NCBI GenBank assembly: GCA_017938445.1
Contig: JAGBBN010000012.1
Coordinates: forward strand, 3,647-67,646
DNA from: Clostridia bacterium
GTDB taxonomy: Bacteria > Bacillota > Clostridia > Oscillospirales > Acutalibacteraceae
Direction: 5' to 3'
Length of the DNA stretch: 64,000 bases
The position numbers and the translations under genes are program-made. Shown here one piece after another: positions 55,500 to 64,000 of the stretch (position 1 is the first letter of the stretch; every line of letters begins with the position of its first letter). The notes under the pieces were generated by a model, which saw only the letters and a list, made by a program, of their open reading frames with translations, did not search any database and had not been told where the DNA came from.

Positions 55500-58030
55500 T
55501 CTTTTGCCTCAAGCCAATTTTTGCCGAAGGATGCATCGGCGGTAAGCTTAACCGCCATATCGGCGGAGCTTTCCATTTCATCGGAAAGGATTTTGCAAAC
55601 CCTTTCGGCATCCTTTTCAGGACATTCAACTATCAGTTCATCGTGCACCTGTAAAATAAGCTTTGCTTCGGGAATTTCCTTTTCAAGGCACTCGTAAACC
55701 TTTATCATAGCAATTTTAATTATATCGGCAGCCGTTCCCTGAATTGGAGCATTTCTTGCTACCCTTTCCCCGAAAGCTCGGAGCATTCCGTTGGAGGAAG
55801 AAAGCTCGGGAAGATATCTTCTTCTGCCGAAGGCGGTAGTAACAAAGCCGTTTTGCTTGGCATCGGCTATTGTATCCTCCATATATTTTGAAACCTCGGG
55901 ATATGCGGCAAGATAGCTCTTTATATAGCCATCCGCCTCGGCTCTTGTAACACCGATATCCTTAGCCAGAGAAAAAGCACCTATTCCGTAAACTATACCG
56001 AAGTTAACCGCCTTTGCTCTGCTTCTCATAACGGGGGTAACCATATCAACAGGCATACCAAACACCTGAGAAGCCGTAACTGTATGAATATCCACACCCG
56101 AATTAAAGGAGGATATCATATTTTCATCCTTTGACATACTTGCAAGAACTCTAAGTTCAATCTGAGAATAGTCCGCATCGCAAAGAACAAAGCCTTCCTT
56201 GGCGGTAAAGAATTCTCTGAGTCTCTTTCCCTCGTTTGTTCTTACGGGAATATTCTGTAAATTAGGCTCGAGGGAGCTTATTCTTCCCGTTCTTGCTTCG
56301 GTTTGGTTAAAGGTGGTATGAATTCTGTTATCCTCGGCAATACAGGCAACAAGACCATCACAATAGGTTGATTTCAGTTTTGCAAGCTGACGGTATTCAA
56401 GTAACAATTCCACCGCAGGATGAGCATATTTAAGGGACTCTAAAACCTCGGCATTGGTACTATAACCGCTTTTGGTTTTCTTTTTAGCGGGTAGTCCCAG
56501 TTTCTCGAACAGAGCCACACCCAACTGTTTAGGTGAATTAAGATTAAATTCATATCCAACAAGACTATAAATCTTTTCTTGAATATCCGCTATTCTTGCT
56601 TCAAGCTCACTACCCATATTTTCAAGGCCTTCTCTATCAACAAGGAAGCCCTCCTTTTCCATAGAGGATAAAACCTTGGCAAGAGGAATTTCAATTTCCT
56701 TTAAAAGCTTTTCTTCGCCTGATTCGATTAATTTTTCGCCGAGTTTATTGCAAACCTCAGAGAAAAGGGCGGCGTTATTTAAAATACAGTCTGTCTCATT
56801 CTTAATTTCAGGCTGAGCAACGGAATATTCCTGAGAAAGTCTTTGTAAAGAATAATCAGAGGATGAGGGGTTACAAAGGTAACCCGCTAAAACTGCATCA
56901 AATACTATATTTTCACTTTTTTCGAATTCTTTGCATAACGCCTTATAGTCATAAACTCTTTTTTCTATATTTTCATCTGCAAGTAAATTGGATACTATAT
57001 CCCTATCGACTTTACAGATTTTATCTTCAGATACTAAAACAAAGCTATCCTCTTCGGTATAGATATCAACGGTTTTACCGGTGAGTATTTCATCGGCATT
57101 TGCTACCGTTAAAGACCTTGCTTCAATTTTGCTTTCGGTAGCAGGAGCGGCACAGGGCGTTATTCCCATCTTCTCCATAAGCTTGAAAAATTCAAGAGAG
57201 GTCATAAGGGAGGCCAGAGCAGAATCATCTCTGCCCTTATAAGAAAGCTCGTGAGCCTTAACATCAATAGGAGCACTTTTGCAAATAGTTCCTAATTTGC
57301 GGCTTAAGTATGCGTTTTCCTTACCGTCCCTCAGCTTTTGACGAACGCCCTCTTTAACATCAATAGTATCGATATTTTCATAGATATAATCAATGCTATG
57401 AAATCTTGTTATCAAATCAGTAGCGGTTTTTTCGCCTACACCTGCAACACCGGGAATATTATCCGAGCTATCTCCCATAAGGCTTTTAAGCTCTATCATT
57501 TCATCGGGAGTAAGCCCATACTTTTCAAACAGGGCTTGCTTATCGTAATTGATGATTTCAGGTCTGCCCATTTTAGTGGCTGTGAGAAGCACTCGGGTTT
57601 TATCCGAAACCAACTGCAGAGAATCCCTGTCCCCCGTTGCTATAACACAGGTGTTACCATTCTTTTCACAGTCATACGCCAGCGTGCCGATAATATCATC
57701 GGCCTCATACCCCGGGCATTCTATACATTTATGCCCTGCAAGGGTAAGATACTCCTTCAAAATAGGAAGCTGACTTGCAAGCTCATCGGGCATTCCGTGT
57801 CTTCCCGCTTTATATGCATCATACATCTCGTGACGGAAGGTAGGTTTTTTCAAATCAAAGGCAACGGCAACGCCGTCAGGCGATTCCATTTCGCAAAGAC
57901 GGTTTAAAATGTTTATAAATCCATATACACCGTTAGTGTATCTTCCGTCCTTAGTAGTAAGCAGCTTTATACCGTAAAAAGCACGGTTTATAATACTGTT
58001 TCCATCAATAACCAAAAGCTTCAAAGCCAT
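55496..58030 (-). CDS. polA: DNA polymerase I
   Basis: 5' nuclease domain (LLVIDGNSIINRAFYG, GDSSDNIPGV) and polymerase motifs (DYSQIELRVLA, RSRAKAVNFGIVYG, QVHDELIVE). GGGGAGG SD precedes MALKLL. The extension to 58093 was rejected. Confidence 0.95.
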   Translation of the reverse strand: MALKLLVIDGNSIINRAFYGIKLLTTKDGRYTNGVYGFINILNRLCEMESPDGVAVAFDLKKPTFRHEMYDAYKAGRHGMPDELASQLPILKEYLTLAGHKCIECPGYEADDIIGTLAYDCEKNGNTCVIATGDRDSLQLVSDKTRVLLTATKMGRPEIINYDKQALFEKYGLTPDEMIELKSLMGDSSDNIPGVAGVGEKTATDLITRFHSIDYIYENIDTIDVKEGVRQKLRDGKENAYLSRKLGTICKSAPIDVKAHELSYKGRDDSALASLMTSLEFFKLMEKMGITPCAAPATESKIEARSLTVANADEILTGKTVDIYTEEDSFVLVSEDKICKVDRDIVSNLLADENIEKRVYDYKALCKEFEKSENIVFDAVLAGYLCNPSSSDYSLQRLSQEYSVAQPEIKNETDCILNNAALFSEVCNKLGEKLIESGEEKLLKEIEIPLAKVLSSMEKEGFLVDREGLENMGSELEARIADIQEKIYSLVGYEFNLNSPKQLGVALFEKLGLPAKKKTKSGYSTNAEVLESLKYAHPAVELLLEYRQLAKLKSTYCDGLVACIAEDNRIHTTFNQTEARTGRISSLEPNLQNIPVRTNEGKRLREFFTAKEGFVLCDADYSQIELRVLASMSKDENMISSFNSGVDIHTVTASQVFGMPVDMVTPVMRSRAKAVNFGIVYGIGAFSLAKDIGVTRAEADGYIKSYLAAYPEVSKYMEDTIADAKQNGFVTTAFGRRRYLPELSSSNGMLRAFGERVARNAPIQGTAADIIKIAMIKVYECLEKEIPEAKLILQVHDELIVECPEKDAERVCKILSDEMESSADMAVKLTADASFGKNWLEAKE

Positions 58031-58133
58031 ACCTCCCCACATTAAGATATAATTATAAATTATTATACCATTTTTTATTTGATATGTCATCATTAAATTT
58101 AAAAAAATAATGAATAATTTTAAAATTTTTCAA

Positions 58134-58164
58134 AAGAAAAAAGGAATGTGTTAACACATTCCTT
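58134..58164 (-). terminator. Intrinsic terminator of the cohesin operon (overlaps its last codons)
   Basis: Perfect palindrome AAGGAATGTGTT/AACACATTCCTT followed by TTTTTTCTTTT on the minus strand. Confidence 0.75.
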
Positions 58165-58756
58165 TACTATCTGCCAAATATTTAGCTGTTTGTTCAATTT
58201 TTTGAGTTTGATAGAAATAATAGCCAACCGCCATTATAACAACCGCTCCTATAATCATACCTAAAACTTTGAATACAGTACCCCACGGGTTAACCTTTAC
58301 CTTTTGAACTTCATCTGTGGCAAAGTATGTAACCGTATACGGAATATCATTCAGCTCTAAGGTGTTATCATAGTAATCGTTAAAGGATAGATTAAAGCTT
58401 TGAGAAGCATCCCGAAGACCCTCGTTTTCAAATTCTGCAGAGAGCAGAACCTGGGAAATATTCACCTTTTCGGTTGTATCCCACAGAACCCTTATTGAAC
58501 CCTCGTTTACGATAACTTCGCTCCGGGGCAAAGAACATTTAACCGAGCTTTTCTTCACCTTAATAAAGCTCGAATCATAGTTTAATGTAAAATCAATACC
58601 GCCTACACCTGAAATCGTATCGGTTTCAATATTAACAAAAAAGGTTTCTTTGTCGGCATCGGCGCAGTTTACTGAAAAAACGGTGGCAGAATCTGCGCTC
58701 ACAGTTATTATAAAACACAGACTAAGCAGAAATACCGTTACTATTCTTTTTATCAT
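58151..58756 (-). CDS. Cohesin-like module protein tethered by a C-terminal transmembrane helix
   Basis: Signal peptide MIKRIVTVFLLSLCFIITVSA. Cohesin-like signature ISGVGGIDFTLNYDSSFIKV. C-terminal helix VLGMIIGAVVIMAVGYYFY plus a short tail. Confidence 0.6.
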   Translation of the reverse strand: MIKRIVTVFLLSLCFIITVSADSATVFSVNCADADKETFFVNIETDTISGVGGIDFTLNYDSSFIKVKKSSVKCSLPRSEVIVNEGSIRVLWDTTEKVNISQVLLSAEFENEGLRDASQSFNLSFNDYYDNTLELNDIPYTVTYFATDEVQKVKVNPWGTVFKVLGMIIGAVVIMAVGYYFYQTQKIEQTAKYLADSKGMC

Positions 58757-59691
58757 TTTTTAGTCTCTCCGTCAGCCTTTAAATCTATCTTGTTGCCATC
58801 CTTATCATATTTTATGGTAGCAGCAGGAATTTTTATCGCCTCATCCTTATAAGAGAACTTATAGGTTTGTACGATATCCATATTGCTATCATAAAGATAT
58901 GACGCTATAATTTTTGATATTTTACCATTTTCAAAATAGAATTCGATATCACAGTTGTTATACTTTTCAACCTGTTTTATCTGAAGGAATTCATAGAAAA
59001 AGGCAGTTACATCCTCTTTGGGCACATAATGGTCATCCACTTTTTTGAAATCGGATTTTTCGTAATTATCGAAAATCTTGAAATCAAAGGATTGCAAGCT
59101 ACCGTAATTCTCGGCATAAACCTCTATCCAGTCGGGATTTTCTTCATTCATACCGTAAAAATCATCATAATAGAGGATAAAGCTCTCACCATCTCGGTCA
59201 TAGCGGTAATATTCACCGAGACTTTTTTCGTAATAAACATCTCCATCCTTTTTAAAAACGCATATATCCTGTGAGGTAGTATTGCTTTGTTCTTCCTGCC
59301 CCTCAACTTCATCTTCCGTTACAAGATTGCCATTTTCATCATAATAATATTCGCCCTCACCGAGATATGTATTATCTCCGTAAATATCGGTGCTTTCCGA
59401 CTGCGAACCATCCTCTTCTTCATCCTCAGTATCAAGGAATGTAACGGTTTGATTAATGGTAAGCTGAACCCTGTCATACTGACTGGAATCGAGAGCTTTT
59501 CCAACCTTATCCGATTTAATATAAAGGGATACCGCCAGTACCACTATCACAACCAATAACGCTACTGCGCCCCATAAAATAATCTTCTTTTTTTCTTTAG
59601 AAAGAGTCTTTTTTTGAGGTAGAGCTTCCTCCGATATAACTTCCTCGACAGCTTCTGTAACCTCTAAATTTTCTAATTCTTTATTTTCCAT
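58753..59691 (-). CDS. Hypothetical single-pass membrane protein with an acidic, Tyr-rich ectodomain
   Basis: Acidic N-terminus, TM helix IILWGAVALLVVIVVLAVSLYI, then a D/E/Y-rich ~250-aa domain. ACGGAG SD. ATGA overlap with the downstream cohesin gene. Confidence 0.6.
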   Translation of the reverse strand: MENKELENLEVTEAVEEVISEEALPQKKTLSKEKKKIILWGAVALLVVIVVLAVSLYIKSDKVGKALDSSQYDRVQLTINQTVTFLDTEDEEEDGSQSESTDIYGDNTYLGEGEYYYDENGNLVTEDEVEGQEEQSNTTSQDICVFKKDGDVYYEKSLGEYYRYDRDGESFILYYDDFYGMNEENPDWIEVYAENYGSLQSFDFKIFDNYEKSDFKKVDDHYVPKEDVTAFFYEFLQIKQVEKYNNCDIEFYFENGKISKIIASYLYDSNMDIVQTYKFSYKDEAIKIPAATIKYDKDGNKIDLKADGETKK

Positions 59692-59711
59692 AAAACAACT
59701 CCGTCAGGGTT

Positions 59712-61271
59712 TTATTTTACACCCAATACCTGCTTCTGCATATTTATAAGCTTTTCGGCATTGAATTCCGCTTCACTTTTTACACCTAAAACCCTTAAAT
59801 CCAATTCATCGGCATCCTCAATACCGGAAGATATCTTCTTAAATGAAACCAAATCTCTTATATCAACTCTGCCGTTGCCGCTTAAATCATTGTTAACCGC
59901 AACAGTAAGTTTTTTAATGAGATTTTCTCCGTCTTTAATCTCTATTGTCATGCCTGTTTTCAAATTCCCTTGAGTAACTTCTTCGAAATTATCAAAAATT
60001 TTAATCTGACCAAAGCTATCGGTATTATTTAAAAAAGCTTCAATAGAAGTTCTTGCAGAAATACTGTAAGCATATGAATTATCAAATTTATATTGTTCGG
60101 ATACTAATCCGAAAACCCTAAACTTTATTTTAAAAGATACTGTATTATAATACTCGTCAGTATAGGATACCTCAACCTCTTTTTCACCCGGAGTTGAGAA
60201 ATCGTACTCTTTTACCTTAAATCCACTCGAAACAGTTTTTACATCGTTATTGTTGTATCCAAGTACGAACTGCAGACCTGTAAGGTCTATTTTTTCTCCA
60301 ACAAAATAATTGGTTTTATCGGGTTGTGAAGCAATATTTGGGAACCATATATCGGGCTTTGTTACCTTTATTTTTACCGCCGTTATCGTAGTGTAAAAAT
60401 AAGGAACCAATGTGTCATCCTCCGTGCTGTCAGGGTCCTCCCCTTCATCAGTTTTGAATTCAACACATTCCGATATTATGTACATTTCGGTAGTACCAAT
60501 TCTTATGCCATCAACATAAACAAGGGCATATTCATCGCCATTTTCAATTCCGCCCTCATATCGGCTTTCATCAAATACAGCAACGCTCTCATCGGCTATA
60601 TATACTTCATCGGAGCTTTGTATTTCTTTATCTATAAAAATGGGGGTACCTTCGGTATTATCACCGGACAGAATAATCGATTGCTCTTGTCCTAACCAAA
60701 TTGGGTATCCTGACCATCCTGCATAATCCTCGCCCTCAACGGTAAAATTAAGGCTGGGGAACATGTCATCGGGAGCCTCTAAATCAGTATAATACATATC
60801 CTCTACTTCAAGCTTGAAGGAATACTGTCCCTCATAAATTGTTTCTTTTACTCGGAAGGGAAAGGTTATGCTAAGCTCATCCTCATCAAATTCAGCTTCA
60901 GGCTCACTCATAAAGGTTGTAACAAAATAGCTACCCTCATATTTAGTTCCAATCTGCATTTCATTTGAGAATCTCTCGTCGTAAACCATATCGTCCTTAA
61001 TCAACTCGAAGCTCAACGGAATTACAGAGCGGGCAGGACCGTTATACTCATACTTAAGATCAAACTGAATACCGCTTAATAAAAAGCTTTCGTATGAGCT
61101 TTTCATTTTAACGGTTACTTCTAATATATCGTCCGCAGTAACAGTTTCGTTGTTAAAAGCCAAGGAAAACTCTATATTCCCTTCTTCTTCTACAGCCGAA
61201 GAAGTAAATCCTGCGCCTAATGAGCATATTAAAACCGAAAAGATTAAAATAAATCCGATTATACGCTTCAT
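59712..61271 (-). CDS. Secreted cohesin-like + Ig-like + dockerin-like modular protein (mini-scaffoldin candidate)
   Basis: Signal peptide MKRIIGFILIFSVLICSLGAG. LLSGIQFDLKYEY cohesin-like signature. PDKTNYFVGEKIDLTGLQFVL Ig-like repeat. C-terminal NNDLSGNGRVDIRDLVSFKK dockerin loop. Confidence 0.6.
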   Translation of the reverse strand: MKRIIGFILIFSVLICSLGAGFTSSAVEEEGNIEFSLAFNNETVTADDILEVTVKMKSSYESFLLSGIQFDLKYEYNGPARSVIPLSFELIKDDMVYDERFSNEMQIGTKYEGSYFVTTFMSEPEAEFDEDELSITFPFRVKETIYEGQYSFKLEVEDMYYTDLEAPDDMFPSLNFTVEGEDYAGWSGYPIWLGQEQSIILSGDNTEGTPIFIDKEIQSSDEVYIADESVAVFDESRYEGGIENGDEYALVYVDGIRIGTTEMYIISECVEFKTDEGEDPDSTEDDTLVPYFYTTITAVKIKVTKPDIWFPNIASQPDKTNYFVGEKIDLTGLQFVLGYNNNDVKTVSSGFKVKEYDFSTPGEKEVEVSYTDEYYNTVSFKIKFRVFGLVSEQYKFDNSYAYSISARTSIEAFLNNTDSFGQIKIFDNFEEVTQGNLKTGMTIEIKDGENLIKKLTVAVNNDLSGNGRVDIRDLVSFKKISSGIEDADELDLRVLGVKSEAEFNAEKLINMQKQVLGVK

Positions 61272-61384
61272 TTCAGTGTACCTTCCTTTTTTAAAAATCA
61301 CATAATCAGGGCAGATTATACCACCCTGATTGTATTATATCATTTAAATTATATCACAAATACGTAATTTGTCCAGCAAAAGCC

Positions 61385-63706
61385 TTATTTTACCAGCAAT
61401 ACCTCTACCTCGCCGCCGTTTGCATATTTCCAATCAATGGTATTGCCTTCAACAGCCTCACCATTGACATAAAGACCCTTATTTTCACCCTTACATACGG
61501 TAATGTTGAAATTTGTGCCTCTGCAGTTGCGGACAGCCTTAAAGCCTTCCCACTCATCCGTTGTCTGGGGGTCTATACAAAGACCGTTATGCTCAGGACG
61601 GATACCCAATATATACTGAGTTGCCGCAAGATAGGTCCAGGAAGCAGTTCCCGTTAACCAGGAATTAACGCAAGCCCAGGCATTTCTATGAGGCGGAGCA
61701 ATCATGGTCTGAGAATAAACATAAGGCTCGGTTATACAAAGGTCTGCCTTATCATTTCTTCTGATGGGAAGCATATTCTCATAGCATTTGAAAGCATCGT
61801 TACCTCTGCCCAACATTGTAAAGGCAATAATAGGCCATGTATTTGAATGGAAGAATATACCACCGTTTTCACGGGAGCCTGCAGGATGCAGATAATAGCT
61901 CTTACGTGAGGGGTCAAATCCATCCGAAGGATTATAATGGGTCTTAAGTCCCATATCGGTATACAGATACTTAAGAACGTTATCCATAGCCATATTAGCT
62001 TTATCCTCATCTGAAAGACGGGATATTACACTCCAAGCCTGAGGAATAAGATGAATCTGGTTATATTCATCATCCTTAGTACAGTATTTTTCGCCTTCGG
62101 GAGTGAATGCACGGATATACCATTCACCGTCCCAGATTATATCCATCTTGGTTTTGCAGTAATCAAAAATTTCCTGCATCTTAGCCTGACGGTCAGCAAG
62201 TCCCATTTTCTTATAAAGCTCAACCAATTCATAAGCCGCATGACCTACCTGGAAAAATACGAATACACTCTCAGCCCCTGCTGTTCCTCCCCTATTCATA
62301 GGAGCAACACCGTCATCCCAGTCGGATTTAAGCATATCGGGAATACCGTGCTTTCCAAGGTGATTCATTGTAAATTCCAATCCCTTTTCAAGGTGGTCGA
62401 TAACCGAAGCGCTTCCACCGTCAACATAGGGTACTATATCATAGGCAAAATCATAATTGCCCGTTTCCTTTATGTAGTTGCAAACCGAGAAAATACTCCA
62501 TAAATGGTCATCACTTCTGCCACCCTCAACAGTTTTACCTGTTGCAGGGAAATAAACTCTGTGAGCGTTACCGTCATTTTGCTGAACAGAAAGCAAAAGC
62601 TTAATTCTTTCTGCTGCAAGCTCAGGCTCTGCATGCATAATACCGAGAACATCCTGCATACTGTCACGGAAGCCGAAGCCACGGTCAAATCCACGCTCAT
62701 AAAAGCTTATAAAACGAGACCAGTCAAAGGTGGTTTTAGCCTGATAAGCATGCCAGATATTAAGCATCGTGTTCATATCCTCGCAGGGGGTATCAACAAT
62801 CAATTTATCGGTATGCTTCTGCCAATATTTCTTTATATCCTCAATGTAGCCCTTTAGCGAAAAGGCATCGTCAATCTGACTATCAATAGCGCACTTTTTA
62901 TCAGTTGCGCCAAGGGTATAATTGAAATTCTTTTCTTCTCCCGGCTTAAGGGTTATTTCAGAACACAAAACACCTACACAGTTATTGGAATACATAGGAC
63001 TGTTTGTACATACGCCCGTATCCAAAACCTGAGGATTTGTTTCGCTTCTGTACTGGCCCATAAATTTATTCAAATCGCAGTCATATCCTGCAACCTCAAG
63101 GTCGGTTGCGATATAATCATACTGTGGAACACCTGTAAGCTGTTCGGCAATGGTATCAACCATAATCTTTTTTCCGTCAAAATCGCATCTGAAAGCCATA
63201 CAGGGCCAATGAGTAAGGGTATCATACTTTGCATCATTCCAACTAAATTCAACATAAGAATATACCTTTAATTTTTTGGTGTTTTCGCTCTCATTTTTAA
63301 GGATAACATTCCATAATTCATATCTCTTACCGAGGGGAACGCAATATGTAACAGAGGAAGAAATATCATTGTATTTTCCGGTTATTTTGGTATAACCCAA
63401 ACCGTGACGGCACTCAAATTCCTGATTTTCCTTCATAACAGGCTGCCAACCGAGAGACCAATAATCTCCGCTTTGCTCATCACGAACATAGATATATCTT
63501 CCCGGTCTGTCGGTAGGACAGTTGTTGAACTTATAACGGGTAACTCTGCGGTTTGAAGGGTCACTATCAAAGGTGAGTCCGCCACCTGTTGCCGAAACTA
63601 TTCCGCCAAACTTTCCGTTTCCTATGTAATTAATCCAGGGGGCGGGAGTTTTAGGGTTGGTTATAACATACTCTCTGTTTTTATTATCAAAATAACCGTA
63701 ATTCAT
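61385..63706 (-). CDS. GH94 disaccharide phosphorylase (cellobiose-phosphorylase-like), second paralog
   Basis: MNYGYFDNKNREYVITNPKTPAPWINYIG, RHGLGYT, YVEF, GFGFRDSMQD, SDWDDG. The extension to 63745 was rejected. Confidence 0.85.
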   Translation of the reverse strand: MNYGYFDNKNREYVITNPKTPAPWINYIGNGKFGGIVSATGGGLTFDSDPSNRRVTRYKFNNCPTDRPGRYIYVRDEQSGDYWSLGWQPVMKENQEFECRHGLGYTKITGKYNDISSSVTYCVPLGKRYELWNVILKNESENTKKLKVYSYVEFSWNDAKYDTLTHWPCMAFRCDFDGKKIMVDTIAEQLTGVPQYDYIATDLEVAGYDCDLNKFMGQYRSETNPQVLDTGVCTNSPMYSNNCVGVLCSEITLKPGEEKNFNYTLGATDKKCAIDSQIDDAFSLKGYIEDIKKYWQKHTDKLIVDTPCEDMNTMLNIWHAYQAKTTFDWSRFISFYERGFDRGFGFRDSMQDVLGIMHAEPELAAERIKLLLSVQQNDGNAHRVYFPATGKTVEGGRSDDHLWSIFSVCNYIKETGNYDFAYDIVPYVDGGSASVIDHLEKGLEFTMNHLGKHGIPDMLKSDWDDGVAPMNRGGTAGAESVFVFFQVGHAAYELVELYKKMGLADRQAKMQEIFDYCKTKMDIIWDGEWYIRAFTPEGEKYCTKDDEYNQIHLIPQAWSVISRLSDEDKANMAMDNVLKYLYTDMGLKTHYNPSDGFDPSRKSYYLHPAGSRENGGIFFHSNTWPIIAFTMLGRGNDAFKCYENMLPIRRNDKADLCITEPYVYSQTMIAPPHRNAWACVNSWLTGTASWTYLAATQYILGIRPEHNGLCIDPQTTDEWEGFKAVRNCRGTNFNITVCKGENKGLYVNGEAVEGNTIDWKYANGGEVEVLLVK

Positions 63707-63714
63707 ATTTTTTC

Positions 63715-64000
63715 CTACTTTTCTTCCTCTAATTTCTTTATCCACTGGTCTATGAGCAAATCTCTTGCCCTTACAGCATCATCCATATTAGCATTTACTA
63801 CGGATTTATTCCAAGAGGCTTCATCATCGGTAAGGTAATCCATTCTAACGAGCTCGGGATAATACGCCATAATCGGCTGTGTCTCACCCTCACCGCCGTG
63901 ACCAAAGAATTCCTTTGTAACCTCTTCTCCAAACTGAGCGGCCTCAACCTTTATTTCGCAGGTGTTTTGCGGTTTTTTACCGTCAGTCCACCAAGCCTTA
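63715..64000 (-). CDS. 3' end of an unidentified CDS (5' end outside the window)
   Basis: Hand translation of the minus strand is open to the window edge: ...KAWWTDGKKPQNTCEIKVEAAQFGEEVTKEFFGHGGEGETQPIMAYYPELVRMDYLTDDEASWNKSVVNANMDDAVRARDLLIDQWIKKLEEEK, then a stop at 63715-63717, 8 nt before the GH94 start. Family not recognised. Confidence 0.45.
   Translation of the reverse strand, partial: KAWWTDGKKPQNTCEIKVEAAQFGEEVTKEFFGHGGEGETQPIMAYYPELVRMDYLTDDEASWNKSVVNANMDDAVRARDLLIDQWIKKLEEEK

Noticed and set aside
58031-58093. N-terminal ORF extensions in the track: polA to 58093, GH94 to 34787 and to 63745, nagA to 37401, rplJ to 22992, LMW-PTP to 42086, and minD-like to 48235.
   Set aside because: In each case an internal ATG or TTG preceded by a GGAGG-type SD matches the conserved N-terminus of the family. 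The extensions are hydrophobic or low-complexity read-through of promoter and leader regions.

Overview
This is a 64-kb chromosomal segment from a low-GC Firmicute of the Clostridia type. The organism guess is inference only and rests on a SigG sporulation sigma factor, cohesin/dockerin modules, two GH94 phosphorylases, GH77 MalQ and an APQTG sorting signal, which together suggest an Oscillospiraceae/Ruminococcus-like polysaccharide degrader. The window is densely packed and mostly housekeeping. It contains: SRP RNA-dnaX-ybaB-recR; a stand-alone 5S rRNA gene; sigG; eno; a YhaO/YhaN-like nuclease/ATPase pair; a BY-kinase trio (modulator, kinase, PHP phosphatase); pgeF; malQ; rplJ-rplL with an L10 leader; a yhaM-DUF1858-trmK-rqcH operon; a DctM-like permease with a LysR regulator; an OadB/OadG-like pair; GH94 next to nagA and a sugar kinase; lipid-metabolism genes; tRNA-Trp and a tRNA with anticodon CAU; patatin; LMW-PTP; sfsA; nadE; and a 13-gene minus-strand block (polA to aspS/DUF1622) that includes tsaD, mreBCD, mrdA and a MinD-like gene. 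I saw no transposase, integrase, phage gene, CRISPR array or classical defence gene. The least ordinary items are: (1) a three-gene cohesin / acidic membrane protein / cohesin-Ig-dockerin surface operon, plus a dockerin-only protein downstream of eno; (2) a hairpin-dense, ORF-free ~300-nt element beside the tRNAs, a candidate structured RNA or repeat; (3) tandem zinc-finger membrane paralogs inside a nucleotide-sugar operon; (4) an arginine-phosphatase-type LMW-PTP fused to RimI next to tsaD. Every call comes from reading the translations and the sequence by eye; no database search was run.
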